This document shows positions 1 through 8,461 of a DNA stretch of 48,292 bases, one piece after another; the first letter of the stretch is position 1; every line of letters starts with the position of its first letter. Source of the DNA: Phycisphaerae bacterium. GTDB taxonomy: Bacteria; Planctomycetota; Phycisphaerae; SM23-33. The notes under the pieces were generated by a model. It had not been told where the DNA came from. It did not search any database and saw only the letters and a list, made by a program, of their open reading frames with translations. The stretch lies in assembly GCA_046539045.1 (NCBI GenBank), contig JBKHHU010000002.1:1-48292 (forward strand), in the 5' to 3' direction. A program made the translations under genes and the position numbers.

Positions 1-316
1 GTGCCAGCCAAACCCATGACAATCCCACCGGAACGGTTCGCGCCGTCCATCGGTTGCTAGAAGGTTGTTTACAGGACACTGCCGGATGCCGATATCCACG
101 TTCGGTACCTGCTGAAACGTGCCGAAATGAGCAGCCGTAGCGACGGTTTCCATGTGTTCATAGTGAACGAGCATCAAGGAAAGAGATGCCGGCAGAGAAA
201 GGATGAGCAGGAGAGATACAGAAGGTTCTTCCGCCATAGGGACAAGGTCCATTGGACGGAGCTATCGTTCGAGCAGTTTGCCGCGAACCCTCAGCTGATC
301 CAAGAGGTGTCCTAGT

Positions 317-517
317 ATGCCCGCTGACCACCGGGAAATGGCCTTCGAAGCCGCCATCGAGCACCACCTGACGACAGCGGGCGGGTACGTCAGCGGTGAC
401 TGTGATGGGTTCGATCCGCACCGGACGGTCTTCCTGGCCGAAATGCTAACGTTCGTCAACCGGCTTCTTCACAACAGCCAAGTCTATTGCCTGAAACAGC
501 TAATAAGGATGGGTTGA
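317..517 (+). pseudogene. N-terminal fragment of a type I restriction enzyme R subunit (HsdR-like), truncated after ~47 codons
   Basis: MPADHREMAFEAAIEHHLTTAGGYVSGDCDGFDPHRTVFLAEMLTFV resembles the HsdR N-terminal region from memory. The reading frame then runs into unrelated AT-richer sequence and stops. A full R subunit would be ~800-1000 aa. Confidence 0.3.
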
Positions 518-519
518 CA

Positions 520-732
520 ATGGCTCTCTATGAAATGGCGACGGACAGAATTCTGCCTATCCGGCAGACGTCGTTCGCGGAAGCGGGCCTGAAGGAGCGG
601 GAGGATCTTCAGCGGCTGCTGAAGACTCAGATCGGCTGGATACGAGATCGATTTCGCGAACAACCGGGGGCATATGGCCCTGGAACACTGGTGGATCTGC
701 CGATGGTTCCACGAGCCGGAACTGCGCATTGA
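520..732 (+). pseudogene. Remnant of a PD-(D/E)xK / NucS-like nuclease family gene; only ~38 N-terminal residues are recognisable
   Basis: ATG at 520 follows AAGGA. MALYEMATDRILPIRQTSFAEAGLKEREDLQRLLKTQI resembles the N-terminus of a widespread nuclease-like family. The similarity is lost afterwards. Possible further pieces lie in another frame (RGHMALEH, WFHEPELRID). Confidence 0.22.
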
Positions 733-1164
733 CACCGGCGAGTTGACGATCGGCAGCCCGGTGCGTGTGCAGGTTCGGCAGGGGCTTCGCCGCAATGCAC
801 TGCTCAAGCGGCAGATCGTGGCGCCGGAGTGTCGCCGTGAGTACCGGTTGAGCGGCGGAGTAGCCGAGCCGACGAATCGGCCGGGCGTGCTGCATCGTTC
901 CATCTGGAGTCAGGAAGGCCCCGCCAGTCGGTACGGCCCGGACCGGCCGATCCGCACCGACTTCGAAATCAGCCCGCCACCGGACCAGTTGCCTTCTTCG
1001 GACCCGGACTCGGACTGGCCCCAGACAATCCAACCGGTTCATCTCCGGACCCAATTGCAGGAAGGGCCGGTTTACACCGCACGCTATCCGGTGCAGGTGC
1101 GGTAGACGCATCGGAAATGGGCGCCCGAACCAGCGTCATCTGTGGCGTCCGATCGGCTGATTCT

Positions 1165-2790
1165 TTAGTGCACCCGGTACTTCCGGTAATCGATGTCCAG
1201 CTGCTTGATCTTGTAGCCGATGATCCGCGCGGTGCTGTCCAGGTCGCGGGCGGCGGCGGAGATGTTCCCGTTGGTGCGCTTGAGGGCATCGACGATGATG
1301 TCCCGTTCGTACAGCGCCACCCGGTCATCGAAGCTGCCCGTGCCGGCCGTGTCCGATCCGTCCGAGGTCTGCAGCGATGGCGGCAGGTTGTGCCCGTGGA
1401 TCACGCCGTCATTGCTCAACAACACCGCTCGCTCGATGCAGTTCTCCAGTTCCCGCACATTGCCCGGCCAGTGGTAGGCGACCATCATGTTGATCGCGGG
1501 CGTGGTGATCCGGCGGACGTCCTTGTTCATCTGCCGGCCGTATTTCTCGATGAAATGGTCGGCCAGCAGGAGGATGTCATCCTTGCGGTCGCGCAGCGGC
1601 GGCAGATGGATCGGGAACACATTGATCCGGTAGTAGAGGTCCTGGCGGAAATCGCGGTCGGACACCGCTTCTTCCAGATCGCGATTGGTCGCGCAGATGA
1701 TGCGTACGTTGGCCTTGCGGGTGTCGTTGGAGCCGACGCGTTGGAATTCGCGCTCCTGCAGGACGCGCAGCAGCTTGACCTGAATAACCGGGCTGAAGTC
1801 GCCGATCTCGTCGAGGAAAAGCGTTCCGCCTTCGGCTTCCTCGATGCGTCCCTTGCGTGCCTGGATGGCCCCGGTGAACGCGCCTTTCTCGTGGCCGAAA
1901 AGCTCGCTCTCCAGCAGGTTTTCGCTGAGTGCGGCGCAGTTGACTTTGACGAACGGGCCTTTCCCGCGAGGGCTGGAGTAATGAATCGCGTGGGCGACGA
2001 GTTCCTTGCCCGTTCCGCTCTCGCCGCGGACCAATACAGTTGTATCGCTGCCGGCAACCTGGTGGATCGCCTGGTAGACGTCGCGCATCGCACCGGAATT
2101 CCCGATGATATTCTCCGGCCGGAAGCGGTCTTCCAACTCGCTGCGAAGGCGGATGTTCTCTGCCTCCAACGCCTGCCGCTCTGCCGCGGCAAGGCGGCGG
2201 TTGCGGACATCGTTGGCGATCATGCTGGCGACGATCGTGAGGATGCGGACGTCCTGATTCAGGTCGGCGTCGGGATCGTAGTCCTTGTCGACCGAGAGCG
2301 TCCCGACGACATCACCGGCCAGCAGAATGGGAACACAGATGAAGCTGAGGTGCCCCTCGCCCACTTTCCGGTTGTGGATCTTGTCGAGGAAGAGGGGTTC
2401 CTCGGCCACCTTGGGTACGACGATAGGCTTGCCTGATTCACTGACGCGTCCGGAGATGCCCTCGCCCGCGCGGTATCGGGTTCTTCCGGCGGTGCTGCTC
2501 TTCAGATCGTGGGCGATCTCCACCTGCAGTTCGGTACCGTCCAGGCTCAGCAGCATGATGGTTCCTCGTTTCATGCCCAGTTCACTGGACAGAACTTCCA
2601 GCACCTCCTCGAGCATCTGCTTCTGGGGCGAACCTGAGGAGAGAATCTGCGTGATCTCGAAGAGCGCTTCGAGTTTCCAGGGATGGTCCGGGGGATCCGT
2701 GTGCGCAGGGTCTATGGAGTCTGTGCGTGCCATCGTCTTGTCTTTCTGCCCAAGGGTAAGGACGGAAAAAGATGTTTGCCTGCTCATCAT
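1165..2790 (-). CDS. Sigma-54-dependent transcriptional activator with N-terminal GAF domain (NifA-like enhancer-binding protein, no receiver domain)
   Basis: 541-aa ORF with a GAF-like N-terminal third and an AAA+ sigma-54 interaction module. Motifs: Walker [15 protein letters not shown] loop (HEKGAFTGA), Walker B LFLDEIG, and a C-terminal Fis-type HTH ([23 protein letters not shown]). An alternative start lies at 2733 (MARTDS). Confidence 0.9.
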   Translation of the reverse strand: MMSRQTSFSVLTLGQKDKTMARTDSIDPAHTDPPDHPWKLEALFEITQILSSGSPQKQMLEEVLEVLSSELGMKRGTIMLLSLDGTELQVEIAHDLKSSTAGRTRYRAGEGISGRVSESGKPIVVPKVAEEPLFLDKIHNRKVGEGHLSFICVPILLAGDVVGTLSVDKDYDPDADLNQDVRILTIVASMIANDVRNRRLAAAERQALEAENIRLRSELEDRFRPENIIGNSGAMRDVYQAIHQVAGSDTTVLVRGESGTGKELVAHAIHYSSPRGKGPFVKVNCAALSENLLESELFGHEKGAFTGAIQARKGRIEEAEGGTLFLDEIGDFSPVIQVKLLRVLQEREFQRVGSNDTRKANVRIICATNRDLEEAVSDRDFRQDLYYRINVFPIHLPPLRDRKDDILLLADHFIEKYGRQMNKDVRRITTPAINMMVAYHWPGNVRELENCIERAVLLSNDGVIHGHNLPPSLQTSDGSDTAGTGSFDDRVALYERDIIVDALKRTNGNISAAARDLDSTARIIGYKIKQLDIDYRKYRVH

Positions 2791-2821
2791 GGTACAAGAT
2801 TGTAACTGCAGGTCAATAGGT

Positions 2822-2837
2822 TAACAAAAATGTAGCA
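2822..2837. promoter_or_regulatory. Candidate enhancer (UAS) half-palindrome ACA-N4-TGT (TAACAaaaaTGTAGCA) in the divergent activator/amt1 intergenic region
   Basis: ACAAAAATGTAGCA matches 13 of 14 positions of ACAAAAATGTAACA at 10140-10153. Its centre lies ~88 bp upstream of the GG of the 2915 sigma-54 promoter. Confidence 0.4.
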
Positions 2838-2914
2838 ACTCGCCCTTCCCTTTTAGTTTCGTAGCCAAGAGGTAAGACCTTGTCAATAACGGTCTTGTAT
2901 CAAGATAAGCGTTT

Positions 2915-2930
2915 TGGCACGCAGTCTGCC
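2915..2930 (+). promoter_or_regulatory. Sigma-54 (-24/-12) type promoter TGGCAC-gcagt-CTGC upstream of amt1
   Basis: The GG-to-GC spacing is exactly 12 nt, as in the canonical TGGCAC-N5-TTGC. It implies a ~390 nt leader before the amt1 ATG, which lowers confidence. Confidence 0.5.
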
Positions 2931-3323
2931 TTTCTGTCCAGCGAATTCGTGTTCCTTAGTCCTGCCGGCGGGACACATTTGGAAAGGTGAAGCGATGACG
3001 ACCGAGAGAGCACCCATGTTGCGAGGCGGACCGATCCGGTTCCGGCACATCGACGAGGTGGTATGTCCTCGTCCGGCGGCCACCTGGTCGCGGATCTGGC
3101 ACCAGCACGAGCAGGTTCCCGAGGCGAGTCAACACGGTTCGATTGGACGATGGTATCTGGCGAGGCTCAAGAATCAACGGTCGCGATTACCGGCGAACCG
3201 GATTGAGGGCCAGAGCGACCGCCCGTGAGTGACGGGCGACAGCAGGCAAGCATCAGACGAGACAAAAGGGCAAGCAAAGATCAAGGCCGGTCCTGTTAGT
3301 GGGCAGGCGCGGAGTAACAAACA

Positions 3324-4688
3324 ATGAGGATTCGAAACGGACTATTGGTATTTCTGTGCATCGCTGTCCTGTGCGGCGTGGTTGTTGCCGACGAGCCAAC
3401 GACTGCCGCGGCTGATCCGCCGGAGGGCGTTGTGCTGGATTCCTACGGTGGCGAACACAGCTATGCGGATGTGGTCTGGACCTGTGTGGCGGCCTTCCTG
3501 GTCTTCTTCATGCAGGCCGGGTTCGCCATGGTCGAAACCGGGTTCACCCGCGCCAAGAACGCGGTGAACATCATCATGAAGAACGTGATGGACTTCGCGG
3601 TCGGGACGATCGCGTTCTTCGTGATCGGGTTCGGTTTGATGTTCGGCAACAGTAACGGGATATTCGGAACCGACCGGTTCTTCGGGATGGGATTTGACGG
3701 AACCTGGGACTTCACGTTCCTGATCTTCCAGACGGTCTTCGCCGCCACCGCCGCGACGATCGTCTCCGGTGCCATGGCCGAGCGGACAAAATTCACCAGC
3801 TATCTGCTCTACAGTGCGGCCATCACGATCTTCATCTACCCGATCTTCGGTAGCTGGGGCTGGGGCAACCTGTTGAACGGCGAAAACACTGCCTGGTTGG
3901 CGGACATGGGCTTCCTGGATTTTGCCGGTTCGACTGTCGTGCACTCCGTCGGGGGATGGTTGGCGCTGGCCGGTGCCATTGTGCTTGGTCCGCGTATCGG
4001 CAAGTACGGTCCGGACAAGAAGCCCAAGGCCATCGTCGGTCACAGCCTGCCCCTGGCGGCCCTGGGTGTGTTCATCCTGTGGTTCGGCTGGTTCGGGTTC
4101 AATCCGGGCAGTACCACCACCGCCGACGCCAGCATTGGTTACATCGCGGTGACGACGAATATCGCCGCAGCCGGTGGTGCCGTGGCAGCGATGCTTACCG
4201 CCTGGTGCATGTTCCGCAAACCGGACGCTTCCATGACGCTCAACGGTGCCCTGGCCGGGCTGGTCGGAATCACCGCCGGCTGTGACGGCGTGAGCCTGTT
4301 CGGTGCACTGATCATCGGTATCGTGGCGGGAATCCTGGTTGTGCTTGCGGTGACATTCATCGACCGCGTGCTGAAGATCGACGATCCGGTCGGTGCGGTC
4401 AGTGTCCACGGTGTCTGTGGTGCCTGGGGCACGTTGGCAGTCGGTCTGTTCAATACGAGCACGGGCCTGTTCTATAACCCGGAAGAAGGTCTGGCTCAGT
4501 TGGGCGTGCAGGCTCTGGGCGTGGGTACCGCCTTCGTCTGGGCTTTCGGGATCGGCATGCTGCTGTTCCTGGGCCTGAAGTACACCGTCGGGCTGCGTGT
4601 CTCCGCTGATGAAGAGCTGCGTGGGCTGGACGTGGGTGAGCACGGAATGGAAGCCTATACGGGATTCCAGATCTTCACCACCACGTGA
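3324..4688 (+). CDS. amt: Ammonium transporter (Amt/MEP/Rh family), copy 1
   Basis: 454-aa multi-pass ORF with signatures [27 protein letters not shown] and [16 protein letters not shown] (twin-His). It has an N-terminal signal-like segment and is followed by a P-II gene. Confidence 0.95.
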   Translation: MRIRNGLLVFLCIAVLCGVVVADEPTTAAADPPEGVVLDSYGGEHSYADVVWTCVAAFLVFFMQAGFAMVETGFTRAKNAVNIIMKNVMDFAVGTIAFFVIGFGLMFGNSNGIFGTDRFFGMGFDGTWDFTFLIFQTVFAATAATIVSGAMAERTKFTSYLLYSAAITIFIYPIFGSWGWGNLLNGENTAWLADMGFLDFAGSTVVHSVGGWLALAGAIVLGPRIGKYGPDKKPKAIVGHSLPLAALGVFILWFGWFGFNPGSTTTADASIGYIAVTTNIAAAGGAVAAMLTAWCMFRKPDASMTLNGALAGLVGITAGCDGVSLFGALIIGIVAGILVVLAVTFIDRVLKIDDPVGAVSVHGVCGAWGTLAVGLFNTSTGLFYNPEEGLAQLGVQALGVGTAFVWAFGIGMLLFLGLKYTVGLRVSADEELRGLDVGEHGMEAYTGFQIFTTT

Positions 4689-4732
4689 GCCGACATCCGC
4701 AACCAACCCCCAGCCCAAAAGGATATTCAACC

Positions 4733-5074
4733 ATGAAACTGATTACAGCATACATCCAGCCGGAGAAGCTGAACGACGTAAAGCAGTCCCTGTACGCCTC
4801 GGAAGTCTATAAGCTGTCGGTAACCAACGCACTCGGCTGCGGCCAGCAGGGCGGGTACCACGAGACGTACCGCGGTGTGGACATCGAGGTCAACCTGCTG
4901 AAGAAGGTCCGCCTGGAGATCGCCGTCAACGACGATTTCGTCGAGCCGACCATCAAGGCGATTGTCGAAGGAGCCCGCACGGGCAACATCGGCGACGGGA
5001 AGATCTTCGTCACCGCCCTCGAACGATGCGTGCGGATTCGCACCGGAGAGGAAGGATCCGAGGCGATCGGATAG
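4733..5074 (+). CDS. glnK: P-II nitrogen regulatory protein (GlnK-type, amt-linked), copy 1
   Basis: 113 codons from ATG 4733; the track ORF starts earlier at 4685. It aligns without gaps to P-II ([13 protein letters not shown]..., [15 protein letters not shown]). Confidence 0.95.
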   Translation: MKLITAYIQPEKLNDVKQSLYASEVYKLSVTNALGCGQQGGYHETYRGVDIEVNLLKKVRLEIAVNDDFVEPTIKAIVEGARTGNIGDGKIFVTALERCVRIRTGEEGSEAIG

Positions 5075-5252
5075 AGAAACCGCCAGTGTCGGGGGAGGTC
5101 CGGACCCGCGACCGGCCTCCTCCGGCCACTTTACTTCCGTCAGTCTCAGAGACGGAACAAGATGCGGGAGGTACCGAGATAAAGGGATTCTGGAGTTCTT
5201 CCAGGACAGAGTTTGGTGGGCAGGCTTGCCCGATTTGGGAAGGAGAAATCCG

Positions 5253-6167
5253 ATGAAGTACAGATTTATGAGCGTTGCGTTGATTGTGGCCGTGTCGCTG
5301 GGAATCGTTTCCTTCGCACCGGCAGAGGAGAAGCAGGAGAAGGACGGTTGGCTGGCGATGGCAGAGGCCACACCGCTCCAGCCGGGAGAAGAGCCGGAGG
5401 CGGAGGTAAAGAAACCGCTGCCTGTTTCGTTCGCCATCGACTACACGCTGGTGAGTGATTACATCTGGCGTGGGATCAACCTCTCGGAGTACGCCGGGGA
5501 AGGGCGGGAAGCGCTGAACCACCAGCTGGGCGTGACCGTCAGCTACGAGACCGAGAAGATGGGTACCTTCAGTGCCAACGTCTGGTTTGAGTGGTATGCC
5601 GACAATGACCAGTTCGCCTCGCCCGGGAGCGTCGACGACGGCAAGCTGCAGGAAGTGGACTACACCCTGAGCTGGGCCTACGACATACCGGATACCCCGG
5701 TCAGCATCGAGCTCGGCTGGATCCTGTACCAGTTCCCGCAGTTCGAAGATTCCGATGCGGAGACGACCCAGGACGTGTACTTGAGCATCTCCGTCAACGA
5801 CGGGTTCCTGTTCGGCAAAGACGAGGGCGTGCTCAACCCGTACTTCGCCTATTACCTGGACGTTGATGACGTTCGCGCCAGCTGGATGGAATTCGGGATC
5901 TCGCACGATTTCGCCGTCGTCGAGAACCTGACGGTCAGTCCGTCCCTCGTGCTCGGGATCGACCACCGTTATGTGACCGGCTCGACGAAGCTGGCGAACC
6001 TGACCTATGGACTCGGCGTCAGCTACGATCTCAGCAGTGCGCTGAACATCCCCGAGAAGTACGGAGCACTGTCCATCGGCGGGTTCGTCAACTACTCGCA
6101 GGCGTTGGCGGATGATGCCCTGAATGATGAATTTTACGGTGGGATGAATCTGGGGTGGTCCTGGTAA
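5253..6167 (+). CDS. Putative outer-membrane beta-barrel protein co-located with amt-glnK
   Basis: ATG 5253 follows GGAAGGAG. It has a signal peptide MKYRFMSVALIVAVSLGIVSFAPAEE, alternating hydrophobic strands (VSIELGWILYQF, LGVTVSYETE) and a C-terminal aromatic ending ...NLGWSW. The 5' part of track ORF 4962.. overlaps glnK and is probably not translated. Confidence 0.6.
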   Translation: MKYRFMSVALIVAVSLGIVSFAPAEEKQEKDGWLAMAEATPLQPGEEPEAEVKKPLPVSFAIDYTLVSDYIWRGINLSEYAGEGREALNHQLGVTVSYETEKMGTFSANVWFEWYADNDQFASPGSVDDGKLQEVDYTLSWAYDIPDTPVSIELGWILYQFPQFEDSDAETTQDVYLSISVNDGFLFGKDEGVLNPYFAYYLDVDDVRASWMEFGISHDFAVVENLTVSPSLVLGIDHRYVTGSTKLANLTYGLGVSYDLSSALNIPEKYGALSIGGFVNYSQALADDALNDEFYGGMNLGWSW

Positions 6168-6203
6168 CAGGCCGCTCTGCACAGGTCCGATCAATCATAT
6201 ATG

Positions 6204-6246
6204 CACCGGTCGATGGTACCTCCTCGCCATCGGCCGGTGTTTTTCT
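6204..6246 (+). terminator. Intrinsic terminator after the amt1-glnK1-OMP unit
   Basis: 13-bp stem CACCGGTCGATGG/CCATCGGCCGGTG with one G-U pair and a 10-nt loop, followed by TTTTTC. Confidence 0.8.
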
Positions 6247-6335
6247 GTGCGATTTCCGCGCAGTCGGCGACCTTCCCGCGCCGGCAGGCAATATGTACCG
6301 GATGTGACAAGAATGTGAGGCATCATCCCCAGTAA

Positions 6336-6349
6336 CTACATTTCTGTAG
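6336..6349. promoter_or_regulatory. Perfect palindrome CTACA-tttc-TGTAG, candidate enhancer site for the sigma-54 activator
   Basis: Its centre lies ~90 bp upstream of the GG of the 6431 promoter. The same CTACA-N4-TGTAG motif occurs at 10169-10182. Confidence 0.45.
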
Positions 6350-6398
6350 CATTCCCCGGGATCTGACTCGGAACTCTACACGGTCCGTAAGTCTTGTT

Positions 6399-6412
6399 CT
6401 ACAACCATGTAA
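6399..6412. promoter_or_regulatory. Second copy of the motif (CTACA-acca-TGTAA), promoter-proximal
   Basis: TACA-N4-TGTA palindrome ending ~19 nt upstream of the -24 element of the amt2 promoter. Confidence 0.3.
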
Positions 6413-6430
6413 CGTCCAATTGTATGTATT

Positions 6431-6446
6431 TGGCACGCGCTGTGCA
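6431..6446 (+). promoter_or_regulatory. Sigma-54 type promoter TGGCAC-gcgct-GTGCA upstream of amt2
   Basis: Canonical GG/GC spacing of 12 nt. It lies ~59 nt upstream of the likely GTG start at 6505. Both conserved blocks are identical to those of the glnN promoter at 10262. Confidence 0.65.
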
Positions 6447-6504
6447 ATGTGCCTGGCGGCATTACACTTTTCTCCAGGACTTGTTCAGAATAAAGGGTAG
6501 CATC

Positions 6505-7869
6505 GTGAGAAAACGGACCCCGTTTGGTTCCGCGATCCTCATCGCGGCCATGGTATTTGTCGTTGGTTTCGGCGCTCAGGCAGCGTTCGCCGCGGAAGAG
6601 GAAGCGGTCTCCGGGGCGGAATGGAAGGTTCCGCTGGATACGGTCTGGGTTCTTCTGGGCGCGTTCCTCGTGTTCTTCATGCAGGCCGGGTTCGGTATGG
6701 TCGAGGCGGGATTCATCCGCGCGAAGAACACCTGTAACATCCTGACCAAGAACTTCATCGACTACTGCTCGGCGAGCTTGATGTTCTTCCTCGTCGGATA
6801 CGCGTTCATGTGGGGCTCGGACGCCGGAGGATTCATCGGTACCGATTTGTTCGGCCTTTCCGGCGCGCCTGCGGTTACCGGCGGGGTGAGCACCTGGGCG
6901 TTCTGGCTCTTCCAAGCTGCCTTCTGAGGTGCGGCGGCAACCATCGTCGCCGGAGGCATGGCCGGACGGATGAAGTTCCCCGCCTATCTTCTCTACACCG
7001 TTGTCATTTCCGGATTGATCTATCCGATCGTCGGGCACTGGATCTGGCATGAGGACGGCTGGTTGATTCAGATGGGATTCAGCGATTTCGCCGGATCGAC
7101 CGTCGTGCACGCCACCGGAGGTTGTGCTGCCTTAGTCGGTACTCTACTGCTCGGGCCCCGACTCAACCGTTTCGTGAAGAACGGAAACGGAAAGACCAAG
7201 TCGCGGGCCATTCAGGGCCACAACATTCCGTTGGCCAGCCTGGGCGTGTTTATCCTGTGGTTCGGCTGGTTCGGGTTCAATCCTGCCTCCACACTCGGCG
7301 TGAGCAGCGACGGTGGAAGCCTGGCCGCTCTGGTTGCGTTGAATACCAACATCGCCGCTGCCGGTGGGGCCATCGCGGCCATGGTCGCCATCTGGATCGC
7401 TACCGGTAAGCCGGACCTGGGAATGATCATGAACGGCTGCCTTGCCGGTCTGGTCGCGATCACTGCTCCGTGTGCTTCCGTCGCTCCGTGGGCAGCGATC
7501 ATCATCGGTATGGTCGGTGGCGTTCTGGTCGTTTTCGCTACGCTGATGCTGGACAAGCTCCGGATCGACGACCCGGTCGGTGCCTTCCCGGTCCACGGTG
7601 TCAACGGCATCTGGGGCACGTTGGCGGTGGGGCTGTTCGCCACCAAAAACGGCCTGCTGACGACCGGCGGATTCCAGCAGTTGGGCGTACAGGCGCTTGG
7701 AACGTTCGCTGTGGCCATTTTCGTGAGCGTCACGATGGGCATCGTCTTCCTGGCGATCAAGTCCACTGTTGGCCTGCGAGTGCCCAGGCACGAAGAATTG
7801 CGTGGGCTCGATATCGGCGAACACGGGATGGACGCCTACGCCGGATTCCAGATCTTTGCCACCGAGTAA
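6505..7869 (+). pseudogene. amt: Ammonium transporter copy 2, interrupted by a single in-frame TGA at 6925-6927 (pseudogene, sequencing error or recoding)
   Basis: Track ORFs 6394..6927 and 6958..7869 share a frame and are separated only by TGA. The joined translation ...WLFQAAF*GAAATIVAGGMAGRMKF aligns to copy 1 ...[25 protein letters not shown]. Twin-His and DFAGSTVVH motifs are intact. The likely start is GTG 6505 (VRKRTPFGSAILIAAMVFVV). Confidence 0.8.
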
Positions 7870-7887
7870 CCCACCAGGAGAACGACC

Positions 7888-8229
7888 ATGAAATTGATTG
7901 TTGCATACATCCAGCCGGAGAAACTCAACGACGTCAAGCAGTCGCTGTATGCGGCGGAGGTGTACAAGCTGTCGGTGACCAACGCCCTCGGTTGTGGGCA
8001 GCAGAAAGGCTACCAAGAAACGTATCGCGGCGTGGATATCGAGGTGAACCTGTTGAAGAAGGTCCGCCTGGAGATTGCCGTAAATGACACATTTGTCGAC
8101 CGGACGGTAACCGCCATCGTTGAAGGAGCCCGGACCGGCAATATCGGTGACGGGAAGATCTTCATCCTCCCGCTGGAGCGGTGCGTACGCATCCGGACCG
8201 GCGAAGAGGGAGGCGAGGCGATCGGTTAG
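7888..8229 (+). CDS. glnK: P-II nitrogen regulatory protein (GlnK-type), copy 2
   Basis: 113-aa ORF very similar to copy 1 (by eye ~85-90% identical at protein level, clearly lower at nucleotide level). Confidence 0.95.
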   Translation: MKLIVAYIQPEKLNDVKQSLYAAEVYKLSVTNALGCGQQKGYQETYRGVDIEVNLLKKVRLEIAVNDTFVDRTVTAIVEGARTGNIGDGKIFILPLERCVRIRTGEEGGEAIG

Positions 8230-8295
8230 AGCGAGTGACAAACCCTTTTCCGTTTCAGCTGGCTGCAATCGTCCCTGCCGGCGTCCGGCTGCTTC

Positions 8296-8315
8296 GGCAA
8301 TGCTACGGCATTGCC
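8296..8315. promoter_or_regulatory. Perfect palindrome GGCAATGC-tacg-GCATTGCC upstream of glnA (operator or small hairpin)
   Basis: 8-bp arms and a 4-nt spacer, ~150 nt upstream of the glnA ATG. No T-tract follows. Confidence 0.3.
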
Positions 8316-8461
8316 TGCATCGCCGTCCTTGTCAGGAACGTTTCGCCGACGCTGAACCACGAAATTACTTCTGTCACTCACTTTAGACCTCGCCGGGCAA
8401 GAATCGCAAGCGGCGCAGCTAAGGGAAAACGAGTCCCTGTTCATGAAAGGAGCAAACCGAA

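Noticed and set aside
3342-4730. Long antisense or alternative-frame ORFs mirroring real genes: 3342-4730(-), 1117-2436(+), 5010-6194(-), 7144-8268(-), 8441-9940(-), 10352-12220(-), 13591-14694(-), 18514-19896(+), 23071-24465(+), 31604-32839(+), 35636-36748(+), 39449-41140(+), 42393-44144(-).
   Set aside because: They are typical shadow ORFs of GC-rich DNA. Their translations are Arg/Gly/Pro/His-rich with no recognisable motifs. The opposite-strand ORFs carry unambiguous family signatures (Amt, GS, GuaB, Rho and others).
5214-5229. TGGTGG-N-cTTGC resembling a sigma-54 promoter upstream of the outer-membrane protein gene.
   Set aside because: The GG-to-GC spacing is 13 nt rather than 12, and the -24 box is poor. 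The gene is more simply co-transcribed with amt1-glnK1.
4962-5252. N-terminal extension of the outer-membrane protein ORF (track start 4962), and similar upstream extensions of glnK1 (4685), coaE (41368), the CapA-like gene (15423), the ATP-grasp gene (20879), the GT at 28287, the wzz-like gene (32836) and the HAD gene (45750).
   Set aside because: The extensions overlap the preceding gene or lack family similarity. Internal starts with Shine-Dalgarno-like sequences coincide with the beginning of the conserved protein or signal peptide.
6925-6927. Possibility that TGA is a sense codon genome-wide (code 4 or 25).
   Set aside because: Many well-defined genes in the window terminate at TGA at the expected protein end, for example amt1 at 4686-4688 and glnA at 9872-9874. 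No other conserved gene contains an internal TGA.
8294-8310. Sigma-54-like element cGGCAa-tgcta-cgGCA upstream of glnA.
   Set aside because: The spacing is right, but the -12 box is GGCA rather than TGCA/T and the -24 box lacks the T and the C. The same bases form the arms of a perfect 8-bp palindrome, which explains them better. No ACA-N4-TGT site lies upstream.
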